Shown: in pieces, positions 34,669 through 43,846 of the stretch | Layout: every line of letters begins with the position of its first letter | Numbering within the stretch: the first letter of the stretch is position 1 | DNA from: a virus | Taxonomy: Duplodnaviria; Caudoviricetes | Length of the DNA stretch: 56,046 nt | IMG/VR virus record: IMGVR_UViG_3300021226_000025 | Coordinates: 1-56,046 of that record | Direction: 5' to 3' (one strand) | Translations under genes and position numbers: made by a program | Notes under the pieces: generated by a model | What the model was told of the DNA's origin: nothing | The model's input: only the letters and a program-made list of their open reading frames with translations | The model's database searches: none

Positions 34669-37289
34669 TATGCAGCCCTCAATCCAAATGGGGTTTCCCC
34701 TATGTGCACCGCACGAACTCGTGCAGAACCAGATACCGCTACCTCAAACGTGTCAGAGCGGTAACCTGTGGGAAGCCTAAAGATGTCGTCTGAAGATACT
34801 GTACCTTGGAATATCAGTGTCTTATCTGCCCAGATGCGGAATGTGACTGGTAATACCCCTGCCACAGTTTTAAATGAGCGAGTAATATTGTCACCGTTGA
34901 TAACAGTGGAATTCAGTGTGCCTGAGTTCTCAATACGCACGCCCAAACTTGTTACTCGGTCATATGGGCCGTTCATGTCGCCAAGACCCTTGAAGCACAA
35001 AACTGTACCGGATGTATCAGCAGTTGTACCAGTTGCTGTACCAACACTAGGGTATGTAAACGTCGTGGAATTTACAACTGTGATGACTGCATCTGCGGCG
35101 TTGAACGTAGACGACAGACCACCAGTAAATCCAGAAATAGTAATCTTGCTGCCAGTAATGAACCCATGTGCGCTGGCGGTCACAATCGTAGCGACGTTGG
35201 CTGCACGAGCATACGACGCTGTTTGAATCGGCGTAGCGTAGTCATTCCACACTTGAAGGTTGTACGCGGGTACTCCAGCGTTGTACGCTGCAATAGCCTC
35301 GGCTTCGGCGTCAGGTGTAGCGTAGTCTGCAATCACACGGGCTGCACCAATGTTGAGGTAGTCCTTGGTCACAATGACCTTAGACTTCCACTCCATTGCT
35401 GCAAGAGGTTGCGTATTTTTATCCCACTGATAGAGATTACCTAGATTATCCCCAATATAGTAGAAATTGTTTGTTTTTGGGTCGTACCATGCGGCAGACC
35501 AAATATAGTTGACCGATACAAAGTACCCACCAATACGTTCATCACGCTCAAACGTAAATGAGTTGGTGGAGTGTGAGGCGAAGTATTTACCGTTGTAGAA
35601 CTTAGCCACCAATGTGTTAGGGGACAAGGTTGCATCCCATGTATCCCAGTCGTGCACATACTTAGTAATCAAGTCCATACCGAGCGACGGGTTGTACACA
35701 GCCAAACCACCATAGGTAGCGTACACAACACCATAACCCATGTTCACAATCGAACGCTTTGAGACACAGGGGTAGAGCGTATCAATACGAGCAAACGCCA
35801 TTGTGGCAGGGTTGTTACCTGACACTTGGTATGGATACTTCTCTGTAAGTACAAGCACATATCCGCCAACAGACGCAATCCCCACAATAGGTGATTCAAA
35901 CGTCAGCGCATACTTGTTCGGAAATGCGTGGAATACATTCGGCTCAGAGAAGTAAAGTTGGTTGCCCTCAAACCCAGCAAGAATGTTGTTCTGTACCGCA
36001 GTCAAACCTTTAAGGTTTGCAGGTGGCGGGTCATAATCATCTGTACTGAGAATGTCGGTCAGTAATGTTGAGTCGAAGTCATCTGTAAACGAATACACAC
36101 CACCGTCGCCCCAGTAACGTGCAGTGCTGGTAGGTAGTTCAGAAACGTCGTGGTACAACGTGCCAGCAATCTCCACTTTATTGGTTACATCAGATGCAGT
36201 CTGTGCGTACTCAAACGTATAGTCGTCAATGACATCAGTAACAATACCACCAGTAATATTGAACGATGAGTCTAAGCACCCACTGATTTTAAAACGGTCG
36301 TCAATAGCAAGATTGTGATGGTTAGACAGTGTTACCCGTGACACGTTGGACGTACGTTGCACACGAGCAAGTGAAGTTGGAAACCACAAGGTGCGCAGCA
36401 AGTAATACGTTGTGCCAGACGTAGACGACAGCGTACGGTAGAGACGCACACCACGTACAAAGTTATCTCCAGTTGGTTTAGAGGTTGGAATATTGGTGAC
36501 TGTAACCGTCTGGCCTTCTTTGATATACAAGTTGTCAGATGGGTCAGAAGCAATAGATTCCTCAAGCCACGGTGTGTACCATGTGTACACATACGAGCGA
36601 GGGAATGTCGTACCTGCCAGTGCAACAGTACCAGAGGTATCTGCCGTAGTGCTTACCGTTTCGCCGGGACAGAAGTACGAAAACGAAGTCGAGTTAATAA
36701 CCGTGACTTCAGCGTTGGTCGCATTAAACGTAGCCACTGTGGATGTACCAGCAGGCATACCACTGATAGTCACCTTGTTACCAGTACGTAAACCGTGCGC
36801 CGCACTGGTTACGATGGTTGCGGTATTACCCGCATCACGCGCTTTAGACGCCGTAGTTTTGTTTGAGAACGACGCTGCGGACGTTGTGACCTTTGTCTCA
36901 GGTAGTGGTAATCCAAGTTCGTAGAAGTTATTTGGATACGGCTCACCAGTCGCAGTAGCCAACTGGTAGTTTGACACCTTAGGTACACCGTCGCCAGTGT
37001 AGTAAAAGCGTTGCTCCATATCCGTGGAGTCAGACGCAGTAACAATGTCAACGTCAGTAGTCCATGTCAGGAACTTGAGTTCATCTGTGTCAGGGTCGCG
37101 CAATCCGTACAGAGTCTTGATGTCACCCACACGTCCTACGTTGTCTACAAGGTAGGGTAAACGATAGGGAATCAAATCACCGGAGTACAACTTGACGTTG
37201 TACGCCAACTGCCCCGCAGAATCTGGGAGCAGTTCAGGTGAAATCTTGGGGGCTTCACCTAGGAATTTGACAAGTTTAACGGCAGCCAT
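34668..37289 (-). CDS. Tail nozzle/stabilisation protein (P22 gp10 / T7 gp12-like) with inserted beta-barrel repeats
   Basis: F.GEAPK...LLP N-terminus, LYFSEP...FP, CVSKRS, WKSK; three T..AHG...G.K.TISG-type repeats. Confidence 0.8.
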   Translation of the reverse strand: MAAVKLVKFLGEAPKISPELLPDSAGQLAYNVKLYSGDLIPYRLPYLVDNVGRVGDIKTLYGLRDPDTDELKFLTWTTDVDIVTASDSTDMEQRFYYTGDGVPKVSNYQLATATGEPYPNNFYELGLPLPETKVTTSAASFSNKTTASKARDAGNTATIVTSAAHGLRTGNKVTISGMPAGTSTVATFNATNAEVTVINSTSFSYFCPGETVSTTADTSGTVALAGTTFPRSYVYTWYTPWLEESIASDPSDNLYIKEGQTVTVTNIPTSKPTGDNFVRGVRLYRTLSSTSGTTYYLLRTLWFPTSLARVQRTSNVSRVTLSNHHNLAIDDRFKISGCLDSSFNITGGIVTDVIDDYTFEYAQTASDVTNKVEIAGTLYHDVSELPTSTARYWGDGGVYSFTDDFDSTLLTDILSTDDYDPPPANLKGLTAVQNNILAGFEGNQLYFSEPNVFHAFPNKYALTFESPIVGIASVGGYVLVLTEKYPYQVSGNNPATMAFARIDTLYPCVSKRSIVNMGYGVVYATYGGLAVYNPSLGMDLITKYVHDWDTWDATLSPNTLVAKFYNGKYFASHSTNSFTFERDERIGGYFVSVNYIWSAAWYDPKTNNFYYIGDNLGNLYQWDKNTQPLAAMEWKSKVIVTKDYLNIGAARVIADYATPDAEAEAIAAYNAGVPAYNLQVWNDYATPIQTASYARAANVATIVTASAHGFITGSKITISGFTGGLSSTFNAADAVITVVNSTTFTYPSVGTATGTTADTSGTVLCFKGLGDMNGPYDRVTSLGVRIENSGTLNSTVINGDNITRSFKTVAGVLPVTFRIWADKTLIFQGTVSSDDIFRLPTGYRSDTFEVAVSGSARVRAVHIGETPFGLRAA

Positions 37290-37291
37290 AG

Positions 37292-37630
37292 TTAGATGTT
37301 TCGCTCAAAGTGCGGACAGTCCACAAGAGATTTGAAATTCCCACCCCAACGGTTTTTCGGATTCAGACTCTCCCAGTACGCACCAATAGGTGCAAGGATA
37401 CTCTTATCCCAGATGATTTGTCCATCCTTGAAGAAGTTCAAATCAATCGCACAACGCTTGAGGTGGATTGAATTCATAGTCTTGCTACGACCAGTTTTGA
37501 AGTAGATAGCCTGCTGTTCAGGAGTGCGTGCGAGTTCTCCGCCCGTCACCATGAACCCTTGCTCAGTGGCGTGTTGAATCAGTTTGCAAGCGTCCAGTAA
37601 GAACGCGGCCTGCTCTTGGCTGAGACTCAT
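37292..37630 (-). CDS. Endolysin, peptidase M15 family (L-Ala-D-Glu-type)
   Basis: RTPEQQ, SIHLKRCAID, WGGNF, DCPHFE. Confidence 0.9.
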   Translation of the reverse strand: MSLSQEQAAFLLDACKLIQHATEQGFMVTGGELARTPEQQAIYFKTGRSKTMNSIHLKRCAIDLNFFKDGQIIWDKSILAPIGAYWESLNPKNRWGGNFKSLVDCPHFERNI

Positions 37631-38148
37631 TTGTCGCCTCCCTTATTCCGCAACTCCATGACCTTCTCAACTGTACGTCCGCCAAAGTACGCTGTCATCA
37701 CAAGCATACCCCACTGCCCAAGCAGACTCACATAAGATTCTTGTACGTTGATACCTGCTGCACTCAATCCTGCAAACAGAAGGTACGCACTCAGGATATA
37801 GATGAGGGTCATAGGGCGGATGTTCTTTGACATCCATGAGTCAGAAGCCATGTCCGCTTTCCAGCGGTCAGAGACGTTGTTCTCTTGGTTGGCTTGCGCC
37901 GCCAGCAAGGCTTCGAGTTCTTGCTGCTCAAGTTTGGCTTTCTCAATACCTAACTCAAGCAACCGCTCCTCGTGGTCATATTGGAGTTGACGCAGTTTCT
38001 CTACGTCAGCAGGAGTAGGATTGTCAGGAATCTTTACACCAAGAGTTTTTTCTACAACGTCTTTACCCTTGGCTTGGATGGCACTGGACAATAACCCCAG
38101 TCCACTTTCTGCGAGTGTGCCTAGTAGTGCGCCTACTATTGGAATCAT
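37627..38148 (-). CDS. Holin (3TM GTA-type)
   Basis: AAGGAG before ATG 38148; SKNIRP, TM segments, AYFGGR. Confidence 0.85.
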   Translation of the reverse strand: MIPIVGALLGTLAESGLGLLSSAIQAKGKDVVEKTLGVKIPDNPTPADVEKLRQLQYDHEERLLELGIEKAKLEQQELEALLAAQANQENNVSDRWKADMASDSWMSKNIRPMTLIYILSAYLLFAGLSAAGINVQESYVSLLGQWGMLVMTAYFGGRTVEKVMELRNKGGDK

Positions 38149-38149
38149 G

Positions 38150-38362
38150 TCAGTTCTCCTTTTCCTTTTGCTCTCTATCTTTTTCAAACTGCTTTTGCAT
38201 CCGCTCCAACTTTTTGATGGACGCCTCTACCATGTTGCGCTGTTCAATTGTTTCCATATATACCCATGCACAAAACGGTAGCCCCAACAAAATAACCAAT
38301 GCAAAAATTACCAGTACGACAAGGAACGTCGTGTCATCGCTATTGTGATTAGAAGTCCCCAT
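38150..38362 (-). CDS. Single-TM coiled-coil lysis-region protein
   Basis: TM plus charged helix; adjacent to holin. Confidence 0.6.
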   Translation of the reverse strand: MGTSNHNSDDTTFLVVLVIFALVILLGLPFCAWVYMETIEQRNMVEASIKKLERMQKQFEKDREQKEKEN

Positions 38363-38985
38363 ATCTCAAGCACCACTATTAAAACTGCTGCGATATACAA
38401 AGCCCTGCTCTGCCACTTAGCGATTACCAAGTCCTTTTTGTATCTTGCAATCGTTGCCCGTTTTTCCTCCTCTTTCCGTGCGGCTGCCTGCTCTGCCCTA
38501 ATTTTGTCACGCATTTTTTCAAAGCGTGTCCACAAATCTCCAAGTTCAGCAGGGGTTTGATAGACCATTGTTTCGCGTAACTCTGTGTGTAGCGCATCCA
38601 GTCTGGACTGAATCAATACACGCTGTAACGCACGACGACTTTCTGACTCGTTGCCCCTATAAACCTCTTTTGCTTTGCGTTCTTCCTCGTAGAACAACTG
38701 CTCTACTTGGTCAACCACATCGAAAAACTTACCAAGGTGGTCTGCAAGTTGCCCCAGCACATCATTAGGGTCTGTCCTGCCAATCTCCTTGACTCGTTTC
38801 TTTTCCTCCTCATATTGAACAGCCTGTTCTTTAGTTAATTTCTTACCAGCAAACTGGCTGTGCAAATCATCAAGTATCCCCTTAACATCTCCTGCGACAC
38901 TCTTAACATCTTTGTAGAGTTGACATCCCTTCTTGACTGCTGCAACAGCAGTGTTTGCCAGTGCAAGAAGGGTAAGGGGGTCAAT
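38308..38985 (-). CDS. 225-aa membrane-anchored coiled-coil protein, probable ATT start
   Basis: GGAG-6nt-ATT GAC CCC CTT (IDPLTLLALAN); in-frame TAA two codons upstream. Confidence 0.7.
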   Translation of the reverse strand: MDPLTLLALANTAVAAVKKGCQLYKDVKSVAGDVKGILDDLHSQFAGKKLTKEQAVQYEEEKKRVKEIGRTDPNDVLGQLADHLGKFFDVVDQVEQLFYEEERKAKEVYRGNESESRRALQRVLIQSRLDALHTELRETMVYQTPAELGDLWTRFEKMRDKIRAEQAAARKEEEKRATIARYKKDLVIAKWQSRALYIAAVLIVVLEIWGLLITIAMTRRSLSYW

Positions 38986-38996
38986 ACCTTACTCCA

Positions 38997-39176
38997 TCAG
39001 CAAGCCTTGGGCATTTTATGCACCATGCCGCCTTTAGCGTAGCCCTTCATCGGCATAGAAGTTTTGGTCGGCTTTTTCACCATGCCGCCCTTCTTGTAGC
39101 CGCGCTCAGCGACGCTATTTGAGATAGCGTCCTTCTTCATTTCATCCAAAGTTTTTTCTTTTAGTTTGAGTGGCAT
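38997..39176 (-). CDS. 59-aa basic protein with two YxKGGMV repeats (not in ORF track)
   Basis: AAGGAG RBS; GYKKGGMV, GYAKGGMV. Confidence 0.75.
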   Translation of the reverse strand: MPLKLKEKTLDEMKKDAISNSVAERGYKKGGMVKKPTKTSMPMKGYAKGGMVHKMPKAC

Positions 39177-39177
39177 G

Positions 39178-39357
39178 TCATACTCCTTTGATTAAGATGG
39201 TCACAATGATTCCAGCCATACCTACAATCAAAGCACCAGTTGCTTTGAGTAGTAGTCCTTCCAGTCGGTCAACCCTCTGTATAAAGGTCGTGTAACGCTC
39301 TGCGCACACGGCCTCATGCGAGGTAAGTTGAACTTCTAATTCATGCGTTGTTGCCAT
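39178..39357 (-). CDS. Small coiled-coil + TM protein (XhlA/holin-like)
   Basis: AAGGAGG RBS; HEAVCAERY, C-terminal TM. Confidence 0.75.
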   Translation of the reverse strand: MATTHELEVQLTSHEAVCAERYTTFIQRVDRLEGLLLKATGALIVGMAGIIVTILIKGV

Positions 39358-39520
39358 TCTCGGCCTCCTTAACCGCCTCAGTTTGGTCAATGATTGATGG
39401 GAATTCTTGTTCTTCAGGCAAAGGCTCGATGACTAAAACGCAGTCCTCAGGCACGACTTCACAACGGGCAAGTGCACCGTTGGGGAACATTACGAGAGGG
39501 GAGCGTTTGGTATCCATCAT
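39341..39520 (-). CDS. 59-aa acidic protein (not in ORF track)
   Basis: ATGA overlap with upstream gene. Confidence 0.6.
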   Translation of the reverse strand: MMDTKRSPLVMFPNGALARCEVVPEDCVLVIEPLPEEQEFPSIIDQTEAVKEAENGNNA

Positions 39521-40401
39521 GCTGTGAATGTCCCAGATGAAGTAAAGGTGTGAATGGTGTAGCCACCCGATGAAGTAACTGTACCTCCAGTGCCTTTTTG
39601 CGCTCCAAGGTAGCGGATAACAACAAGCCCAGAACCACCACTTCCGCTAGTAGATGTGCTGCCGTGAGCACCTCCTCCACCGCTACCAGTATTTGCAGTT
39701 CCATTACCTGCGTTACCCCCACTACCAGCACCACCGCCGCCACTTCCACCGCCGCCACTAGCGGCAGTCTGTGAACTTCCGCCACCGCCACCCGCACGAG
39801 TTACCGCAGTACCTGTAATAGAAGAAGTTAATCCTGCACCACCTGCACCACCGTTACTACCTGAACCATCAGAGCCAGCGACACCTGCACCACCGCCACC
39901 ACCATCACCCCAGTTGTTGACGCTCATCCCACCATTAGTTCCTTGTCCACCAGTGCCAGAACCACCTGCGGCAGTACCTGTTGAGTTTGCACCACCGGAA
40001 CCTGAACCACCGCTAAACCCAGTACCACCAGTAGCATTACCTCTACCGCCAGCACCACCCACGGTACTGATTGAAAGCGCACCCCCACTAATGGACGACG
40101 CCGAACCACTAGGGCCGTGAGCGTTGACAACCGCTGCACCACCAGCACCAACAGTAATTGTGTACACAACACTTGGTTGCACCCCTACTGCTGGTTCAGC
40201 GGACGAACTACCACCAGATAGTTCACCTGCTACATTGGTGCGATACCCACCAGCGCCAGCGCCGGAACCTGCGTGCGCACCACCAGCACCACCACCAGCA
40301 ATTACTAGATACTCAATCGGGTACACACGAGGGTAATCAGCATCACCCTTACCGTCACGTATCTGTCGTGCTGTCCAAACACCGCTTTGAGAAAGTCCCA
40401 T
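39517..40401 (-). CDS. Glycine-rich adhesin / receptor-binding protein
   Basis: YLVIAGGGAGG, polyglycine repeats, GGSGLVVIRY, YTIHTFTSSGTF. Confidence 0.85.
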   Translation of the reverse strand: MGLSQSGVWTARQIRDGKGDADYPRVYPIEYLVIAGGGAGGAHAGSGAGAGGYRTNVAGELSGGSSSAEPAVGVQPSVVYTITVGAGGAAVVNAHGPSGSASSISGGALSISTVGGAGGRGNATGGTGFSGGSGSGGANSTGTAAGGSGTGGQGTNGGMSVNNWGDGGGGGAGVAGSDGSGSNGGAGGAGLTSSITGTAVTRAGGGGGSSQTAASGGGGSGGGGAGSGGNAGNGTANTGSGGGGAHGSTSTSGSGGSGLVVIRYLGAQKGTGGTVTSSGGYTIHTFTSSGTFTA

Positions 40402-40754
40402 TACGAAATCTCCTCATATGAACATACTGCTGTGAGGTCACCAACAGCACTGGCTAGACATCGAAGCGAGTCGCCTTCTTCAAGGTATATAGCCTTGGAC
40501 ATCAAATCAAGAACGGCATCCGCAGGAACCTGAACAGTGTACGCAATAGGATACGAAGTGGTCGAACGATATAAATCCACTGTAATGTCAGCCGAAACTG
40601 CGCCATCCACGTTGGCAACATAAAGGGCATTGACCTTAAAAACTTTACCACTGCCTGCTGAGTTAGTAACAATCGCAGTTGCAGAAGTACCGACAGCCTG
40701 TACCGCCGTTTTTCCTGTGATGGTTGCTACGTTGACGATATTTGGGGCTGCCAT
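40401..40754 (-). CDS. Fibre adaptor-like beta protein
   Basis: MAAPNIVNV...IYLEEGD...SYEEIS; coupled to adhesin gene. Confidence 0.7.
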   Translation of the reverse strand: MAAPNIVNVATITGKTAVQAVGTSATAIVTNSAGSGKVFKVNALYVANVDGAVSADITVDLYRSTTSYPIAYTVQVPADAVLDLMSKAIYLEEGDSLRCLASAVGDLTAVCSYEEIS

Positions 40755-40757
40755 GAT

Positions 40758-41111
40758 TTATCCTCCGAAAACGATTGCCATAGCGATGGCTTTACCAGTC
40801 GTCGCTCTGTCGGCAAATTCTGTGAAAAGAGCCGCCGTTGGGCGGAGTTCAAAACGGTCGCTTGCAGCATAGGCTCTGGCAGATGTGCCGTCCTGCCCAC
40901 GTACAACCGTCATTGTGTCTGTGCTACGTGCTGTGACCTTGACAATCTCAAGATTGTTTGATGTATCAATCAGCGTAGCGTAGAAATAGTCACCAGTGCT
41001 GAGCGTAGGAAACCTAGACCCCTCACCGGAGTTCAACACAATCGTTGTCGATGAACTGGTGATACTGGCGTTCAGTACGCCATACGCATTGTTGGTGACT
41101 TTAATTCCCAT
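40758..41111 (-). CDS. Short fibre anchor protein, paralog of 42590-43378 N-terminus
   Basis: RFPTLS.GDYFYATLIDTSNNLEIVK.TARSTD shared; ends GKAIAMAIVFGG. Confidence 0.8.
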   Translation of the reverse strand: MGIKVTNNAYGVLNASITSSSTTIVLNSGEGSRFPTLSTGDYFYATLIDTSNNLEIVKVTARSTDTMTVVRGQDGTSARAYAASDRFELRPTAALFTEFADRATTGKAIAMAIVFGG

Positions 41112-41113
41112 GA

Positions 41114-41476
41114 TTACTGTCCTTGAATATCAGGTACTTCTACCCAATTACCTGCGTCGTCATCCCAACGATAGTATTTACCGTCGTTCGGATGTTGTGT
41201 TGGTGCTTCCCACAAGCAAGATTGCTCGTTCAAAACCCACTTGCTGTAAGGCTTGGGTGGGATAAACGCATCACGCACCTTGTCATAAGTGAACCCAATC
41301 CCAGCGTAGTTTTTACGCAGAGGTGTGCCGCCATTTGCATGAACACCACCGTGAGTGTTGTAACTGGTCTGAATCCACTCACCGGGAGATGAGTCCACAA
41401 ACGTATCAAAAAACTCAGGCTCAGCCACAATCACTTGTGTCACGATGCTATCAACAACTTTTGCAAAATGTGCCAT
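41114..41476 (-). CDS. Fibre-associated protein
   Basis: MAHFAK...WIQTSYN...RKNYAGIG...DAFIPPKPY. Confidence 0.8.
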   Translation of the reverse strand: MAHFAKVVDSIVTQVIVAEPEFFDTFVDSSPGEWIQTSYNTHGGVHANGGTPLRKNYAGIGFTYDKVRDAFIPPKPYSKWVLNEQSCLWEAPTQHPNDGKYYRWDDDAGNWVEVPDIQGQ

Positions 41477-41478
41477 AG

Positions 41479-41757
41479 TTATCCTTTACTTGCGATATAA
41501 GCAGCGCGTTTAGCCGCTTGGTCTGCTTCATAGGCCGCAACCGCCGTGTCGTAGTTATTAGACGTGGTTACCGCCCAGTCTGGCAGTTCAGTGATTTCTT
41601 GATTTGGTGCATCTTTGAATTCAATGTGGCCTGTGTTAGTCGCATCATCAAATTGCAAAGCATGGACGTCAGAGGGCACAGCAGAAACATCTACCGGAGT
41701 AAAAGATACCTTGTCTTTATACACGGCTGCGTCGTCCACAATAATAGTTAACTTCAT
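41479..41757 (-). CDS. Fibre-associated small protein
   Basis: VHALQF...GHIEF; ATGA coupling. Confidence 0.7.
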   Translation of the reverse strand: MKLTIIVDDAAVYKDKVSFTPVDVSAVPSDVHALQFDDATNTGHIEFKDAPNQEITELPDWAVTTSNNYDTAVAAYEADQAAKRAAYIASKG

Positions 41758-42029
41758 TTTATTAACCTCGTATTTGCAGTTTCGAGTAGCATAGAGTTTG
41801 CTCTGACCATTTCATTCCTAAATGATTCAACCGCTGCTCCAGTGCTTCTTTGTTGTTGACTATTTTCAATCATTAAAATTGGTAGCCAAGATATAGCACA
41901 CCCCCATTCATCTACATCTGCACCTGTATTTGGATTATGCCCCCGTATTTGGGTAAACCATGCGCACTCCAACTCTTTGCATGGTTCAAAGTTATTTAGC
42001 GGGCAATTTGTTTTAGGTGCTATTTTCAT
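41754..42029 (-). CDS. Cys-rich fibre-associated protein
   Basis: CPL...C...CAW...GCA...AAVESFRNEMV; TGATG coupling. Confidence 0.75.
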   Translation of the reverse strand: MKIAPKTNCPLNNFEPCKELECAWFTQIRGHNPNTGADVDEWGCAISWLPILMIENSQQQRSTGAAVESFRNEMVRANSMLLETANTRLIK

Positions 42030-42589
42030 CAGTGCATCCAAGTTACAACAGAATACCGTGTTCCAGAAGTCACCGGGAGAATCTGGTGCGGAAAAACAAA
42101 ACTAGACGGGAAAATTATGCACGAACCTTTTGGTACGCGATACGGCTCACTGTACCCAAAGAACTGAAACTCTCCGCCTTCGTAGTCATCGTTCAAAGCA
42201 AAACTAAAAGAGAGTTGTCTTTGGTTTGTTGTTGGGCTGTAGTCCACATGTTCTTTAAAAAACCCGCCTTCTTTATAACGAAGCAATTCATATCCCGTGT
42301 CTTGGTTGCAAGCGGCACGTGGAAACTTCCAAAAATAACTTTTAGCCGCCCAAGACAAAGCCTTTAATATTGTATTGTCCAGTTCTACACGTTTGTCTTG
42401 GTTAATAGAAAGCGACTCAGCCATAGACATTTTTATGGTGTCACAGTTGCGAGTTTGCAAATCTACCCCAGAAAGAGTTTTTGCTGGCACCCATTCTTGG
42501 GAGTTTGCATATTCGGCAAGCAGGGCATCGCATACACCTGCTGGCAAGATGTTTGGCTCTATCTGAATATAATGTTCAAGTTTTATCAT
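42029..42589 (-). CDS. 2OG-Fe(II) oxygenase (prolyl-4-hydroxylase-like)
   Basis: HVD, LNDDYEGGE, FPH, GTRYS. Confidence 0.92.
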   Translation of the reverse strand: MIKLEHYIQIEPNILPAGVCDALLAEYANSQEWVPAKTLSGVDLQTRNCDTIKMSMAESLSINQDKRVELDNTILKALSWAAKSYFWKFPRAACNQDTGYELLRYKEGGFFKEHVDYSPTTNQRQLSFSFALNDDYEGGEFQFFGYSEPYRVPKGSCIIFPSSFVFPHQILPVTSGTRYSVVTWMH

Positions 42590-43378
42590 TTAGTCTTTTG
42601 TCGCAATGATTACGTCAACATACTGAACGGCTAAGTTAATAGCCGTACCAGTGAAAGAACCGCCTGAGTGGGTGTGAGAGCCACCGCCCCCGTTATCGTT
42701 ATTAGCAAATGTGGATGAACCGGAACCCGCTGGCGTACTGTAATGATTGGCACCTTCTGGTGCGTCAGCAAAGCCATACCAACTACTATCCCCCCCGCCA
42801 GCGGCTGCCAATCCTAATGTCCCGGCAAAAGAAGTTACAAGTACTTGGTGGTAGTGGTTTGGAATCTGCCCAGTAGATAAAGTGGTTGCTCCAGACGTTC
42901 CAACAGTTCCACTGACCGCTTGTGACGTAAACGCTGAAGTAAATGCTACCGAACCACCGGAAGATGCAGCACCGCTAACAACCCTCAATGCCTTGTCATT
43001 ATGAGTTGTACTTTTTGTCCAGCCCGTTGGGGCAGATGTTTGTTGGAATAGTAGTGCTGTTCCAGAGGCAAACGCACCAGCGGCATCCACAAATGTTTGC
43101 GCAGTCAAACGAATCTCAATACGGTCACCAGTGCTATACGCACGAGCGGTCGTTGATTCTTGTGCACGAACAACTGTCAGCACGTCAGTACTACGAGCCG
43201 TACACTTAACAATCTCCAAGTTGTTGGAAGTGTCAATCAGTGTGGCGTAAAAGTAGTCGCCCGCACTTAGAGTTGGGAACCGAGCACCCTGCCCCGATGT
43301 CACCGTAATGCTAGTCGAACTGCTAGTAATACTAGCAGCCAGCGTAGCATTGGCGTTATTTGAGAGTTTGATACCCAT
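42590..43378 (-). CDS. Short tail fibre with collar-like and HxH motifs
   Basis: APTGW, IPNHYH, GSHTH, YVDVIIATKD. Confidence 0.85.
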   Translation of the reverse strand: MGIKLSNNANATLAASITSSSTSITVTSGQGARFPTLSAGDYFYATLIDTSNNLEIVKCTARSTDVLTVVRAQESTTARAYSTGDRIEIRLTAQTFVDAAGAFASGTALLFQQTSAPTGWTKSTTHNDKALRVVSGAASSGGSVAFTSAFTSQAVSGTVGTSGATTLSTGQIPNHYHQVLVTSFAGTLGLAAAGGGDSSWYGFADAPEGANHYSTPAGSGSSTFANNDNGGGGSHTHSGGSFTGTAINLAVQYVDVIIATKD

Positions 43379-43389
43379 TCCCAGACTCC

Positions 43390-43836
43390 TTAGTTAACAG
43401 TCACAGTCCAAGTAATACCGAGCGTATCTGCTGCGCCCTTGTTGATGACTGAGAACACAGTACGGCAAAGCAAAGTGCCAGAAGATGCTGCGTTGAAAAT
43501 ACCTGCTTCGGTCAGCGCACCAGTACCAGTACCCGCTGGGAACGTAGCAACATACGCCACAGAGTTAGTGGTTACAGTTGTAGAAGTCAGAGCAACACGC
43601 GACGAAGCAACTGGAGTTTGCAGTGCAGTATCACCTACCGCAGCAGCAGTTGTACCAGTACCAACTTCCATATGACTCATGGCGGTCGCTGTGGCATCCT
43701 TCATACGAGAAGCAATGAAGTTTTTGCCTACCGTTACCACTAGGTTTTTTACTTCTTCTTCCTGCTTGATATTACCGTTTTCATCAGTGAGGACGAGTTT
43801 CAGAGTACCCGTCATCTTGATTGCGTCATTAAACAT
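43390..43836 (-). CDS. Tail/fibre-attachment structural protein
   Basis: KNLVVTVG, GTGTTAA, LTEAGIFNA. Confidence 0.75.
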   Translation of the reverse strand: MFNDAIKMTGTLKLVLTDENGNIKQEEEVKNLVVTVGKNFIASRMKDATATAMSHMEVGTGTTAAAVGDTALQTPVASSRVALTSTTVTTNSVAYVATFPAGTGTGALTEAGIFNAASSGTLLCRTVFSVINKGAADTLGITWTVTVN

Positions 43837-43846
43837 TTCTCACTCC

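Noticed and set aside
39517-43378. Diversity-generating retroelement acting on fibres
   Set aside because: No reverse transcriptase and no adenine-specific TR/VR pair; the duplication is an N-terminal anchor with ordinary divergence
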